Under the pieces are notes generated by a model, which was not told the DNA's origin, ran no database searches, and saw nothing but the letters and a program-made list of their open reading frames with translations. A stretch of 64,000 bases of DNA from an uncultured Pseudomonadota bacterium (lineage in GTDB: Bacteria > Myxococcota_A > UBA9160 > PR03), in assembly GCA_900696485.1 (NCBI GenBank), contig CAADGG010000013.1, positions 51,771-115,770 of the forward strand, in the 5' to 3' direction. The position numbers were made by a program, and so were the translations under genes. Below are positions 1-9,781 of this stretch, piece after piece. The stretch's first letter is position 1. Each line of letters begins with the position of its first letter.

Positions 1-110
1 CTGCCCCGCCGGCACGCTGCGATCGCGCTCGCTCGCGCAGGGGCCGAGCACGCCGTGGTAGATCCGGGGCCAAACCCTGGCGAAAAAGAGCCTGGGAGAA
101 CAGAGCGTCG

Positions 111-473
<363 letters not shown>

Positions 474-499
474 TTTCGGGTTTCCACGAAACGCTGGAG

Positions 500-527
500 A
501 ACCTATGGCAGCACGAGGACTTGTCAA
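500..527 (-). promoter_or_regulatory. putative sigma70-type promoter of ssrA
   Basis: The minus strand reads TTGACA (527-522), a 16-nt spacer, then TAGGTT (505-500). This lies about 27 nt upstream of the mature 5' end, which implies a processed leader. Confidence 0.35.
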
Positions 528-692
528 ATCGAGCCGGCGCCGGCTCGGTACCCGGGGGACAGGTCACGGCGCGGCGATCCCGCGGGTGCGCAGCCGCCCC
601 CGGCCGCGATACGCTCCGGCCGCCCGCCTCCCCCCGGTTCGCCGTTCCCGACCGCGTCGCCCGCCTCCGCCGACGCCAGGAGCTGTCGCCCC

Positions 693-2021
693 ATGATCAC
701 GGCGCCGCGCGAGCACTGGGGGAGCCGCACGGGCTTCATGCTGGCCGCGATCGGCTCGGCCGTCGGGCTCGGCAACATGTGGCGCTTCTCGTATCTCGCG
801 GCCGAGAACGGCGGCGCCGCATTCGTGCTGCTGTACCTCGCGATGACGGCCGGCGTCGCGCTGCCGGTGCTGCTGGCGGAGCTGATGCTGGGACGCGGCG
901 CGCAACAAGGGCCGCTGCGCGCGCTCGTGCACTTCGGCGGCGCGCGCTGGCGACCGCTCGGCTGGCTGTTCGTCGGCGCCGGCTTCCTGATCCTCAGCTA
1001 CTACGGTGTCATCGCCGGCTGGACGCTGCGCTACACCGCGGAGGCGATCTGGCACGGGTTCCCGGCCGATGCCGCTGCGCACTTCGCACAGATCTCGGCC
1101 GGCCCCGTCGCCGTCGCGTGGCACCTCGGCTTTCTCGCGCTGACGGCCGGCATCGTGGCGGGCGGAATCCAACGCGGCATCGAGCGCGCCTCGGTCGTCC
1201 TGATGCCGCTGCTGTTCGCGATCCTCGCCGGCCTCGCGGTGTATGCGGCGACGGTCCCGGGCGCTGGCACCGGTTACGCGTACTACCTGCAGACGGATTT
1301 CGGCGAGCTGCTGTCGCTCACCGTGCTGCGCGATGCCGCCGGCCAGGCTTTCTTCAGCCTGAGCCTCGGCATGGGCGCGATGATGACCTATGCGAGCTAC
1401 CTGCGCCGCGACGCCGACCTGCCCGACGAAGCCGTCGTGATCGCGCTGTCCGACTTCGCCGTCGCGTTCGTCGCCGGCCTCGTCGTGTTCCCGTTGCTGT
1501 TCGCACTGGGCCTCCAGCAGGACGTCGGCGCCAGCACGATCGGCGCGCTGTTCATCACACTTCCGCACGCGTTCGCCGAGATGGGAGCTGCCGGCCGTGC
1601 GGTGGGACTCTTGTTCTTCGCGGCGCTGCTGGTCGGCGCACTCACGTCGGCGATCTCGCTCCTCGAGGTCGTCGTGTCGAGCGCGATCGATCGCGGATGG
1701 TCGCGGCCGGTCGCCACGCTCGGTCTCGGCGGCGCGGTGGGGATCACCGGCATCGCCGCCGCGCTCGACACCGCCGTGCTCGGCGTCATGGACCAGATCG
1801 CCGGCAACGTGCTGCTGATCCTCGGCGGGCTCGCGATCGCACTCTTCGTCGGCTGGTCGATGCGGGATCCCGAAGCCGAGCTGGCGGCCGGGGCCGGACG
1901 CGTGCACTGGTTCTTCCTGTGGCGCGGTCTGCTCCGCTTCGTCGTCCCGGCGGTGCTGGCCGTCGTGCTCGCCAGCGCGATTCCGGCCGCGCTCCAATCG
2001 CTGCGCGCGCTCTTCGACTGA
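693..2021 (+). CDS. sodium-dependent transporter, neurotransmitter:sodium symporter (NSS/SNF) family
   Basis: Track ORF 693..2021. The N-terminus HWGSRTGFMLAAIGSAVGLGNMWRFSY is the NSS signature, and the protein is hydrophobic and multi-spanning throughout. Confidence 0.9.
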   Translation: MITAPREHWGSRTGFMLAAIGSAVGLGNMWRFSYLAAENGGAAFVLLYLAMTAGVALPVLLAELMLGRGAQQGPLRALVHFGGARWRPLGWLFVGAGFLILSYYGVIAGWTLRYTAEAIWHGFPADAAAHFAQISAGPVAVAWHLGFLALTAGIVAGGIQRGIERASVVLMPLLFAILAGLAVYAATVPGAGTGYAYYLQTDFGELLSLTVLRDAAGQAFFSLSLGMGAMMTYASYLRRDADLPDEAVVIALSDFAVAFVAGLVVFPLLFALGLQQDVGASTIGALFITLPHAFAEMGAAGRAVGLLFFAALLVGALTSAISLLEVVVSSAIDRGWSRPVATLGLGGAVGITGIAAALDTAVLGVMDQIAGNVLLILGGLAIALFVGWSMRDPEAELAAGAGRVHWFFLWRGLLRFVVPAVLAVVLASAIPAALQSLRALFD

Positions 2022-2244
2022 GCCGCTGCCGCGCCCGCGCGGGATCGAGCCGTTCGCCTCCGGTTCCGGGCCGGAACGACACCGGGTCGTCTCGCCGAGG
2101 CGTGTTTCACTCTCCGCGCGCGGGTTTCGATGCGAGCCGATGCGTACGATCGGCCCGGCGATCCCCTGGGGAGGCTCGCGGTGCCGGGAGCTTCGACGCC
2201 ATCCCATCAACCCGACGGGACTCGCGACCGATGAGTAGCCGACC

Positions 2245-3801
2245 ATGGCACCGCCTCCGCCCGACAACGACGCGCTGCTCGGCCGCATCGCCGTACACAC
2301 GAAGCTGCTGACGCCGGCCCAGCTCGCCGAGGCGTGCGATGAACAAGGACGCAGCGGCGGCCGCACCCGGCTCGGAGAGATCTTCGTCGCCAAGGGCTGG
2401 ATCTCGCCGGTCCAGCTGCAGAAGCTGCTGGCCGCGCAGCAACAGATCCGCGCCAAGCAGGCGGCCAAGCGGGCCGAGGCCGTCGTCGCCGCTGCCGTCC
2501 CGGAGCCCGAGGCCGCGGAACTCGAGGCGACGGAGCCCAAGGCCGCGGAGCCCGAAGCGGGCGTCGCGCAGCGTCCGCTGGCGGCCGGTCGCACGCGGCC
2601 GCCCGCGCCGGCAGCGACCCCGGCGCCGATCGCCTCCCGGACCGCTCCGGAGACCGCACCCTCGTCCGCTCCGCCCGCGCAGCCGGCCGCGACGCCGACT
2701 GTGCGCCCTGTCGTTCGTGGCGAGACCTCGGCCGAGCCGCTCGCGGCCCTCCACCGCGTGCTCCGCGACGGCGTCGCCGCGGGCGTCTCGGATCTCCATC
2801 TGCACAGCGGCGCGCCGCCGCGCTGGCGGCTGCACGGAGAGCTCGTGCAACAAGGGGCCGAGCCGCTCGCCGCCGCGCACGCCGAGGCGATGCTGCGCGC
2901 CGCCCTCAGCCCCGAGCAGGAGGCGGCGCTCGACGCCGACGGCCAGGTCGATCTCGCCTATACGCTCACCGGCGTGAGCCGCTTCCGCGCCAGCATCTAT
3001 CGGCAACAGCGCGGCCTCGACGGCGTGTTCCGCGTCGTCCCGAACCACCCTCCGTCGCTCACGGAGCTGTCGCTGCCGAACTCGCTGGCGCGGCTCACCA
3101 ACTATCACCAGGGCATGGTGCTGATCACCGGCCCCGCCGGCTGCGGCAAGTCCTCGACGATGGCGGCGTTCCTGAACCTCGTGAACGCCGAGCGCAGCGA
3201 CCACATCCTGACGATCGAGGATCCGATCGAGGTCATCCACGCCTCGAAGCGCTGCCTCGTGAACCAGCGCCAGGTCCGCGTCCATACCGAGACCTTCGCC
3301 CGCGCTCTGCGCGCCGCGCTGCGCGAGGATCCGGACGTGATCGCGATCGGTGAGCTGCGCGATCTCGAAACGATCTCGCTGGCGCTGACCGCCGCCGAGA
3401 CCGGCCACTTCGTGCTGGCGACGCTGCACACCAGCAGCACGATCCGGACGATCGATCGGCTGATCGGCGTGTTTCCTCCCGATCAGCAGAACCAGGTCCG
3501 CACGATGCTGTCGGAGTCGCTGCGTGCCGTGGTCTCGCAGCGCCTGGTGCGGCGCGCCGACGGCAGCGGGCGCGTGCCGGCGCTCGAGGTGCTGGTCGTC
3601 AACAAGGCGATCTCGAACCTGGTCCGCGAGAACAAGACCTTCCAGGTCCGCTCGATCCTGCAGACCGGCGCCGCCCAGGGCATGTGCCTGCTCGATGGTT
3701 CGCTCGAGCAGCTCGTGAAGAGCGGGGCGATCACGCAGGAGGAGGCGCGCCGCCACTGCGACGATCCGAAGCGCTTCGGCGGCGCCGGAGGGACCGCCTG
3801 A
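2245..3801 (+). CDS. PilT-family hexameric ATPase with an N-terminal MshEN-like module and a long Ala/Pro/Glu linker
   Basis: Track ORF with ATG at 2245. It has Walker A GPAGCGKS, Walker B DVIAIGELRD, His box GHFVLATLHT and the PilT motif AISNLVRENK. Residues 11-65 match two MshEN 24-residue motifs. Confidence 0.85.
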   Translation: MAPPPPDNDALLGRIAVHTKLLTPAQLAEACDEQGRSGGRTRLGEIFVAKGWISPVQLQKLLAAQQQIRAKQAAKRAEAVVAAAVPEPEAAELEATEPKAAEPEAGVAQRPLAAGRTRPPAPAATPAPIASRTAPETAPSSAPPAQPAATPTVRPVVRGETSAEPLAALHRVLRDGVAAGVSDLHLHSGAPPRWRLHGELVQQGAEPLAAAHAEAMLRAALSPEQEAALDADGQVDLAYTLTGVSRFRASIYRQQRGLDGVFRVVPNHPPSLTELSLPNSLARLTNYHQGMVLITGPAGCGKSSTMAAFLNLVNAERSDHILTIEDPIEVIHASKRCLVNQRQVRVHTETFARALRAALREDPDVIAIGELRDLETISLALTAAETGHFVLATLHTSSTIRTIDRLIGVFPPDQQNQVRTMLSESLRAVVSQRLVRRADGSGRVPALEVLVVNKAISNLVRENKTFQVRSILQTGAAQGMCLLDGSLEQLVKSGAITQEEARRHCDDPKRFGGAGGTA

Positions 3802-4865
3802 TGAGCCGCCTCGAAGCGATGCTGACGTCGCTGCGCGAAAAGGACGGTTCGGACCTGCACGTCGCAGCCGGCCAGCCGCCGCGCATGCGGCGCAAGGGCG
3901 CCCTCACGCCGCTCGATGGCGAACCGGTGCTCGACGATGCCGCGGTCCTCGCGCTGCTGCGCGAGATCACGACGCCCGAGCAGTGGCAGAGCTACCAGCA
4001 ACAGCACGATCTCGACTTCGCCTACGGCATTCCCGGTGTCGCCCGCTTCCGGGCCAACTACTTCGCGCAGGAGAACGGCGCCGGCGCGGTGTTCCGGATC
4101 ATCCCGGAGGAGATCCAGACGCTCGAACAGCTCGCGCTGCCGTCCTCGATCCGGAAGTTCGCCCACCTGGACCGCGGCTTGGTGCTGGTCACGGGCCCCA
4201 CCGGGTCGGGCAAGTCGACGAGCCTCGCGGCGATCATCAACGAGATCAACGAGAGCTACGCAAAGCACGTGTTGACGATCGAAGACCCGATCGAGTTCGT
4301 GCATCCGAACAAGCAGTGCGTCTTCTCGCACCGCGAGGTCGGCATCCACACCGGCGGCTTCGCGCCGGCGCTGCGGGCGGCGTTGCGCGAGGACGCCGAC
4401 GTGATCCTGGTCGGCGAGATGCGCGACTACGACACGATCTCGCTGGCGCTGACGGCCGCCGAGATGGGCGCCCTGGTGTTCGGCACACTGCACACCAACG
4501 GGGCCGCCAAGACCATCGATCGCGTCATCGATGCGTTCCCGGCCGACGAGCAGCCGCAGGCGCGCTTGTCCCTCTCCGAATCGCTGGCGGGCGTCGTGTC
4601 GCAGCAGTTGCTGCGGACCGCGGACGGCAAAGGCCGCTGCGCCGCCAACGAAGTGCTGATCCGCACCAGCGGGCTCGCCAACGTGATCCGCGAGGGCAAC
4701 ACACCGATGCTGCTCAACATCATCCAGTCCGGCAAATCGGCCGGCATGCAGACGATGGACGACGCGCTGTTCGCGCTGGTGCAGGCCGGTACGATCCGGG
4801 CGGAGGACGCGTACTTCAAGGCGCTCGACAAGGCCCGCTTCGAGAAGTTCGCGCCGGCGGATTGA
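3801..4865 (+). CDS. pilT: type IV pilus twitching-motility ATPase PilT
   Basis: ATG 3801 overlaps the upstream TGA by 1 nt (TGATG). The 354-aa product has GPTGSGKS, DVILVGEMRD, GALVFGTLHT and LANVIREGN motifs. The upstream part of track ORF 3684..4865 was rejected. Confidence 0.9.
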   Translation: MSRLEAMLTSLREKDGSDLHVAAGQPPRMRRKGALTPLDGEPVLDDAAVLALLREITTPEQWQSYQQQHDLDFAYGIPGVARFRANYFAQENGAGAVFRIIPEEIQTLEQLALPSSIRKFAHLDRGLVLVTGPTGSGKSTSLAAIINEINESYAKHVLTIEDPIEFVHPNKQCVFSHREVGIHTGGFAPALRAALREDADVILVGEMRDYDTISLALTAAEMGALVFGTLHTNGAAKTIDRVIDAFPADEQPQARLSLSESLAGVVSQQLLRTADGKGRCAANEVLIRTSGLANVIREGNTPMLLNIIQSGKSAGMQTMDDALFALVQAGTIRAEDAYFKALDKARFEKFAPAD

Positions 4866-4885
4866 GCCCCGGCACAGATCCGCTC

Positions 4886-6241
4886 TCAGCGCCGCAGCGC
4901 GGCGCCGCGTCGGCCGGCGCCGGGCGACGTCGAGGGCGTCGGCAGGCTCGGAAGCTGGGACGGCAGGATCCGCAACGAGGCGAGCATCGCGTCGAACCAC
5001 GGCACGAAGCCGGCGTGCAGGTCGGCCGGCGCTTCCTCGATCACCACGATGACGCGCCCGTCGCCGGTCTCGACGAACACGTGATCCTCGATCAACGTCC
5101 CGTCGCGCTGCGAGACCCGGATGTGGAAGGCCGGCTGCCCGGCGATCAGCAGCGGTTGTTGCGCCACCAGCTCGCCATCCCGCACGTGTCCCCGGCCGTG
5201 GCGGCGGACGTACGCGGCGATCGTCGGATAGCTGTGGACGATCACCTGGAACGAGCCCTCGTAGTCCCACGACAAGCCGTCGATCGCGACCACGCCGCGG
5301 CGCGCCGGGATCAGACGCCAACCGGGCGGGACGTGCAGCGAGTAGCCGAGCCGGGCATCGACATACGGGCTGTCCGAGAGCTGCACCGGACCGGCGGGCG
5401 CCTCGGCCGGCGGCCGCTCCGTTGCGACGGTGCGCGGGATCCGTGCGTAGATCGTGCCATTCGGAATCGCGTAGAGCGTGCGAAACGAGTTCGTGTCCTG
5501 GCGGGAGAGCTTCGAGACGCGCCGATCGCGCGCCACCTCATACATCAGATCCGCCGGAATCGGGCTGTGGCCCTTCATTCCCAGCGCGTGCCCCATCTCG
5601 TGGAGCACGTTCCGCTCGATCTGGTCCGGCAGCAGCAGGCCGTGTTGATCGGCGAGATACAGACGGATCACCGGGACCCGGAAGCTCACATCCAGACGGT
5701 CCTGGAGCAGACCGCGGCCCTCGATCCGGCAGGCGCGCGCGAGGGGTGTGGTGCCGAGCACCTGGACGCCGTCCCGCGGAGCGGGTCCGCGTTCCCCGAC
5801 CAGCTCGATGCGCAGATCCGCATCGGTCCAGTTGCTGGCCCGGCGGAACGTCGGGACGCCGGCGACCGCGGCCTGCCAGTTCTCGAGCGCCCGCCAGGCC
5901 GCGTCGACGAAGACGGCAGGATCCTGGGGATCGAACTCGTTCTGCAGCTCCGGGTGCAGCCGCGGCGGCTCGACGTGGACTGCCAGCGGAAAGCGGCTCT
6001 CGTCCCAGCGGCAGAAGACCAGCACGTCCTCGTTCTTGCCGGCGAGCTCCATCCGGTGCGCCATGAACGGCAGGTAGTTCGGCTCGAGGAGTCGATCGGC
6101 CAGCTCCGGATGCGCCCGCCGGAACTCCGCGTAGTCGAAGCGGCTCGGCAGGAAGACGTCGCGGGACGGCACGGCGTACTGCCCGCAGGCGCTCGCGACC
6201 AGCGCCCACACGGCGAGGAGAGCGCGCGAACGCGCCGTCAT
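4886..6241 (-). CDS. secreted/lipoprotein zinc metalloprotease, metzincin-like, with an uncharacterised C-terminal domain
   Basis: These are the last 451 codons of track ORF 4886..7051. ATG 6241 overlaps the smpB stop (ATGA). The signal/lipobox-like N-terminus is [19 protein letters not shown]. It carries [12 protein letters not shown] plus a downstream ADLMYE Met-turn-like motif. Confidence 0.75.
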   Translation of the reverse strand: MTARSRALLAVWALVASACGQYAVPSRDVFLPSRFDYAEFRRAHPELADRLLEPNYLPFMAHRMELAGKNEDVLVFCRWDESRFPLAVHVEPPRLHPELQNEFDPQDPAVFVDAAWRALENWQAAVAGVPTFRRASNWTDADLRIELVGERGPAPRDGVQVLGTTPLARACRIEGRGLLQDRLDVSFRVPVIRLYLADQHGLLLPDQIERNVLHEMGHALGMKGHSPIPADLMYEVARDRRVSKLSRQDTNSFRTLYAIPNGTIYARIPRTVATERPPAEAPAGPVQLSDSPYVDARLGYSLHVPPGWRLIPARRGVVAIDGLSWDYEGSFQVIVHSYPTIAAYVRRHGRGHVRDGELVAQQPLLIAGQPAFHIRVSQRDGTLIEDHVFVETGDGRVIVVIEEAPADLHAGFVPWFDAMLASLRILPSQLPSLPTPSTSPGAGRRGAALRR

Positions 6242-6705
6242 CCGCGCCGCCCCCGCCGCAGCACGCGATCGATCTCGCGGTCTTCTTCCCGCTTGCGGAT
6301 CGCCTGGCGCTTGTCGTAGCGACGCTTGCCGCGCGCGAGCCCCAGCTCGACCTTGGCCCGACCGTCCTGGAAGTACAGCGAGAGTGGAACGAGCGTGAGG
6401 CCGCGCTCCGCCACCTGCCCCGCCAGCTTCGAGATCTCCGCCCGATGCGCCAGCAGCTTGCGCTCGCGCCGCGGGTTCGGATTCTCGCGGCCCGCCTGCT
6501 CGTACGGACTGATGTGCACGTTCATCAGCCACAGCTCGCCGCGCCGCACGGTGGCGTACCCATCGGCGAGGCTGACCTTCCCCTGCCGCAGCGACTTCAC
6601 CTCCGGCCCCAGCAGCACGATGCCGGCCTCGATCGTATCGAGGATTTCGTACTCGTGACGCGCCCGCCGGTTCTGTGCGACGAGCTTTCGCCCGACCTCT
6701 GCCAT
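6238..6705 (-). CDS. smpB: SsrA-binding protein SmpB
   Basis: Track [32 protein letters not shown] and the basic C-terminal tail are typical of SmpB. Confidence 0.95.
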   Translation of the reverse strand: MAEVGRKLVAQNRRARHEYEILDTIEAGIVLLGPEVKSLRQGKVSLADGYATVRRGELWLMNVHISPYEQAGRENPNPRRERKLLAHRAEISKLAGQVAERGLTLVPLSLYFQDGRAKVELGLARGKRRYDKRQAIRKREEDREIDRVLRRGRRG

Positions 6706-6999
6706 CGACGCGAGAAGCTAGAGCATCACCGGCATTCTGCTCCTCCTCGCTCGTCGCGGCGCGAGCGTGGGCTTCGGGGCGCGGGCCCGCGCGCCAGGGC
6801 GGGCCGCGCTCGCGGGGGGTCCTCGACCGCGAGCGCCGGGCCGCCTTCACGCGAGAGGGGGGAGCACGAGCTTCAGTCGCCCGGCCGACGCGCGGGTCTG
6901 CACGCACCGCGCTCGGGCCGAGGCCGCGCCGGGCGGTGCCCGGCGGCGGCTCGGGAGCGGGTGGCGGGCGACCTGCTCGAATGGCGCGCGGCGCTCGGC

Positions 7000-7350
7000 T
7001 CAGTCTCGGATGCGGTTGTGGTCGTCGACGAAGACCCGTCGCGCCTGCCACGTGCGGACCTGCGCCTCGTCCACGTCGGCCCAGCTGGCGATGATGATGA
7101 CATCGTGGGGCTTGATCAGATGGGCCGCGGCGCCGTTGACGCAGATCTCGCCCGAGCCCGCCTCGCCGGGGATCGCGTACGTGCGCAAGCGCGCGCCGTT
7201 CGTACAGTCCCAGAGGTCCACCGCCTCGTACGGAAGGATGTCGGCCGCCGCGAGCAGGTCCGTGTCGATCGAGACGCTGCCCTCGTACTCGAGATTCGCC
7301 TCCGTCACGGTGGCGCGATGGATCTTGGACTTCAGCATCATACGGGTCAT
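7000..7350 (-). CDS. panD: aspartate 1-decarboxylase
   Basis: These are the last 116 codons of track ORF 7000..8382, with ATG at 7350. The sequence [25 protein letters not shown] contains the YEGS self-processing site. Confidence 0.95.
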   Translation of the reverse strand: MTRMMLKSKIHRATVTEANLEYEGSVSIDTDLLAAADILPYEAVDLWDCTNGARLRTYAIPGEAGSGEICVNGAAAHLIKPHDVIIIASWADVDEAQVRTWQARRVFVDDHNRIRD

Positions 7351-8279
7351 CGAGGGGTGCCTCGCTGCTGGCTGTCGGTTCCTGGCGCCACCGGGGCGCC
7401 GGGCGGCCGCAGCACGCGGTTGTCGATCAAGCGAACCTTTGCGGGCGCCGCCCGCCCGGCCGCGGCGGCGGCCGGGAAGCTCACGGCGAGCGCCAGCAGC
7501 GCCGGGCCCGCGACGCGCTCGCGCGTCGCGAGCGTCTCCGGATCCCGCAGCTCGGCGTAGTCGAGCCGCGCCGACGGCGCGCGGGCGATCTCCTTGCCGG
7601 CGATCTCGAGCAGCACCGCCGCGTGGTCCTCCCCGGCCGTCAGCGCCGCCTCGGCGGCATCGAGCGCGCGGGCGAGCGCCAGCGCCTCGCGGCGCGTCGC
7701 CGCATCCAGGTAGGCATTGCGACTCGACAGCGCGAGCCCATCGGCATCGCGCACGATCGGCGCGCCGATGATCTCGACGTCGAGCAGGAGGTCGCGCGCG
7801 AGCCGCCTCACGACCTGGAGCTGCTGAAAGTCCTTCGCGCCGAAGACGGCCACGTGGGGCCGCGCGGCGATCAGCAGCTTGGTGACGACGGTGGCGACGC
7901 CGCGAAAGAAGTGCGGCCGCGACGCGCCGCACAGCGGCTTCGCCAGCTCCGCCACTTCGACGAAGGTCTGTGCGCCCTCGGGATAGAGCTCGCCCGGCGC
8001 CGGCACGAAGACCGCATCGACGCCGGCCGCACGACACTGATCGAGGTCGCTTTCGAGCGGACGCGGATACGAAGTCAGGTCCTCGTGCGGTGCGAACTGG
8101 GTCGGGTTCACGAAGATCGACACGACGACGGCATCGGCGTGTCGTTGCGCTTCGGCGACGAGCGAGAGATGCCCGGCGTGCAGCGCCCCCATCGTCGGGA
8201 CCAGTGCGACCCGCCGGTCCGCTCTGCGCTGCGCGTCCGACCAGGCGCGCAGCTCCTGCACGGTACGAAGCTGCTCCAT
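7347..8279 (-). CDS. panC: pantoate--beta-alanine ligase
   Basis: The internal ATG at 8279 of track ORF 7347..8408 overlaps the panB stop by 1 nt. The sequence contains [18 protein letters not shown], and the 3' end overlaps the panD start by 4 nt. Confidence 0.9.
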   Translation of the reverse strand: MEQLRTVQELRAWSDAQRRADRRVALVPTMGALHAGHLSLVAEAQRHADAVVVSIFVNPTQFAPHEDLTSYPRPLESDLDQCRAAGVDAVFVPAPGELYPEGAQTFVEVAELAKPLCGASRPHFFRGVATVVTKLLIAARPHVAVFGAKDFQQLQVVRRLARDLLLDVEIIGAPIVRDADGLALSSRNAYLDAATRREALALARALDAAEAALTAGEDHAAVLLEIAGKEIARAPSARLDYAELRDPETLATRERVAGPALLALAVSFPAAAAAGRAAPAKVRLIDNRVLRPPGAPVAPGTDSQQRGTPR

Positions 8280-9136
8280 CAGCGCGCCTTGTAGCAGTGT
8301 TCCTCGGCGGGAAACTTCCCGCCGGCGACGTCTTCTCCGAAGGCGCGCGCCGCCTTCGCGGCCTGGGCGCCGAGATCGGCATAGCGGCGGACGAAGCTCG
8401 GCGTCCATTCGCTGAGGCCGAGCAGGTCGTGCATCACGAGCACCTGGCCGTCGCAGCCGGGCCCGGCGCCGATCCCGATCGTCGGGATCGACAGTTTGCG
8501 CGTGACGTCCGTCGCGAGATCGGCCGGCATGCCCTCGAGCACGACGGCGAAGGCGCCGGCCTCTTCGACGGCCTGGGCATCCGCGAGCACACGCACGCGT
8601 TCGGCTTCGGTCCGCCCCTGCACGCGAAACCCACCCATCCGATGAATCGACTGGGGCGTCAGGCCGACGTGCCCCATCACCGGGATGTCGGCGCGCGCGA
8701 TGCGCGCGATGGCCTCGGCGGCGACGACGCCGCCTTCGAGCTTCACCGCCTGCGCGCCGCCTTCCTTGACGAGCCGGATCGCGCTGCGCACCGCGTCTTC
8801 CGACGACACCTGATACGACCCGAACGGCATGTCGCCGACGACCAGCGCGCGGCGACAGGCTCGAGCGACGAGCCGCGTGTGGTAGATGACTTCGTCGAGC
8901 GTCACCGGCAGCGTGGTGTCGTGCCCCTGCACGACGTTTCCGAGGCTGTCGCCGACCAGCAGCAGGTCGATGCCGGCGGCGTCGAAGATCCGCGCGAAGG
9001 CGCAGTCATAGGCGGTCAGCATCGCGATCTTCTCGCCGCGGCGTTTCCGCGCGGCCAAGGAGCGCGCGGTCACACGATGCTCTCGGCAGGAGGAGGCGAC
9101 GTGGGTCGCCGCGGGGGGAGGCGGGTAGGTCGACAT
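8279..9136 (-). CDS. panB: 3-methyl-2-oxobutanoate hydroxymethyltransferase
   Basis: Track ORF containing [40 protein letters not shown]. Confidence 0.9.
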   Translation of the reverse strand: MSTYPPPPAATHVASSCREHRVTARSLAARKRRGEKIAMLTAYDCAFARIFDAAGIDLLLVGDSLGNVVQGHDTTLPVTLDEVIYHTRLVARACRRALVVGDMPFGSYQVSSEDAVRSAIRLVKEGGAQAVKLEGGVVAAEAIARIARADIPVMGHVGLTPQSIHRMGGFRVQGRTEAERVRVLADAQAVEEAGAFAVVLEGMPADLATDVTRKLSIPTIGIGAGPGCDGQVLVMHDLLGLSEWTPSFVRRYADLGAQAAKAARAFGEDVAGGKFPAEEHCYKAR

Positions 9137-9286
9137 GGCCTGAACCTCTGTCTCGGTCCACGATCCGCGGATCCGAGCGTTGGTACCAACCAGGGGTTTC
9201 TACGTCAGCTCTCGTTCGACTCGATCACTCTAGAACTCGATCGCGCGGGAGCGCGATCTTCTGCGGGTTCGATGGAGTCCGCCGGT

Positions 9287-9307
9287 GGCGGTTCCCCTCG
9301 AACCGCC
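9287..9307 (-). terminator. GC-rich hairpin downstream of the PilZ gene
   Basis: GGCGGTTC / GAACCGCC form an 8-bp stem with a 5-nt loop, 28 nt after the PilZ stop. There is no U-tract. Confidence 0.3.
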
Positions 9308-9334
9308 GAAGCATGGAACGGCGATCCGGCGCTG

Positions 9335-9781
9335 TCAACCGGCGCCCACCCGAAGCTCGAGGAAGCGTAGGATGACCCGCCGATCCTCCTCGCGCAGCAC
9401 CTCGAAGCGCACGCCGACCTCGCGAAAACGGGCCCGGGCGGCAGGCGGAGCGGCTTCGGCCCAGATTACCCGGCCGCGCGCGGTGATCGGGTCGCCGCCG
9501 TCCGGCAGCGCGAATCCGAGCTGGAGGATCTCACCCGCTTCCCGGCTTCCGGGGATGTGCAGACCCATCCCGCTCGGCGAAAGATTCAGCGCGTATTCGA
9601 GGCGACTCGTGCCGCCGCGGTCCACCACGGTGACCGGCAGCGGGACCGGGAAGTCAACGCGCGGCTCATGGGTCTGGCGTGCGGCTTCGGACGACGGCGC
9701 GGGCGATCGCGAGGAGCGTGGCCGGCGCGAGCGCTTCGGCGCGGGCGCGGGGGTCGATCGCGAGCCGGACCAGAATCGCAT
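9335..9781 (-). CDS. PilZ domain protein
   Basis: Track ORF. It has the NLSPSG (N-x-S-x-x-G) motif and a beta-barrel-like pattern PRVDFPVPLPVTVV...GRVIW...VGVRF. The RxxxR motif is imperfect (RQTHEPR). The only in-frame start is ATG 9781, which overlaps the rsmA 3' end by 116 nt. Confidence 0.6.
   Translation of the reverse strand: MRFWSGSRSTPAPAPKRSRRPRSSRSPAPSSEAARQTHEPRVDFPVPLPVTVVDRGGTSRLEYALNLSPSGMGLHIPGSREAGEILQLGFALPDGGDPITARGRVIWAEAAPPAARARFREVGVRFEVLREEDRRVILRFLELRVGAG

Noticed and set aside
474-692. Possible riboswitch or leader upstream of the NSS transporter; also considered upstream of the moa, dxs, metG and pan genes
   Set aside because: I could not recognise conserved cores of glycine, Moco, TPP, cobalamin or SAM riboswitches by eye. 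A covariance-model scan (Rfam/Infernal) would be needed to exclude them.
3483-6319. ORFs 3483..5321 (-, 612 aa) and 3983..6319 (+, 778 aa)
   Set aside because: They lie antisense or out of frame to the well-supported pilT and metalloprotease genes. They have the same low-complexity character.
7000-8408. Track ORFs 7000..8382 (460 aa) and 7347..8408 (353 aa) taken at full length
   Set aside because: Only the last 116 codons of the first (PanD) match the family. Only the part of the second downstream of ATG 8279 (PanC) does. The upstream portions are alternate-frame read-through of neighbouring genes.
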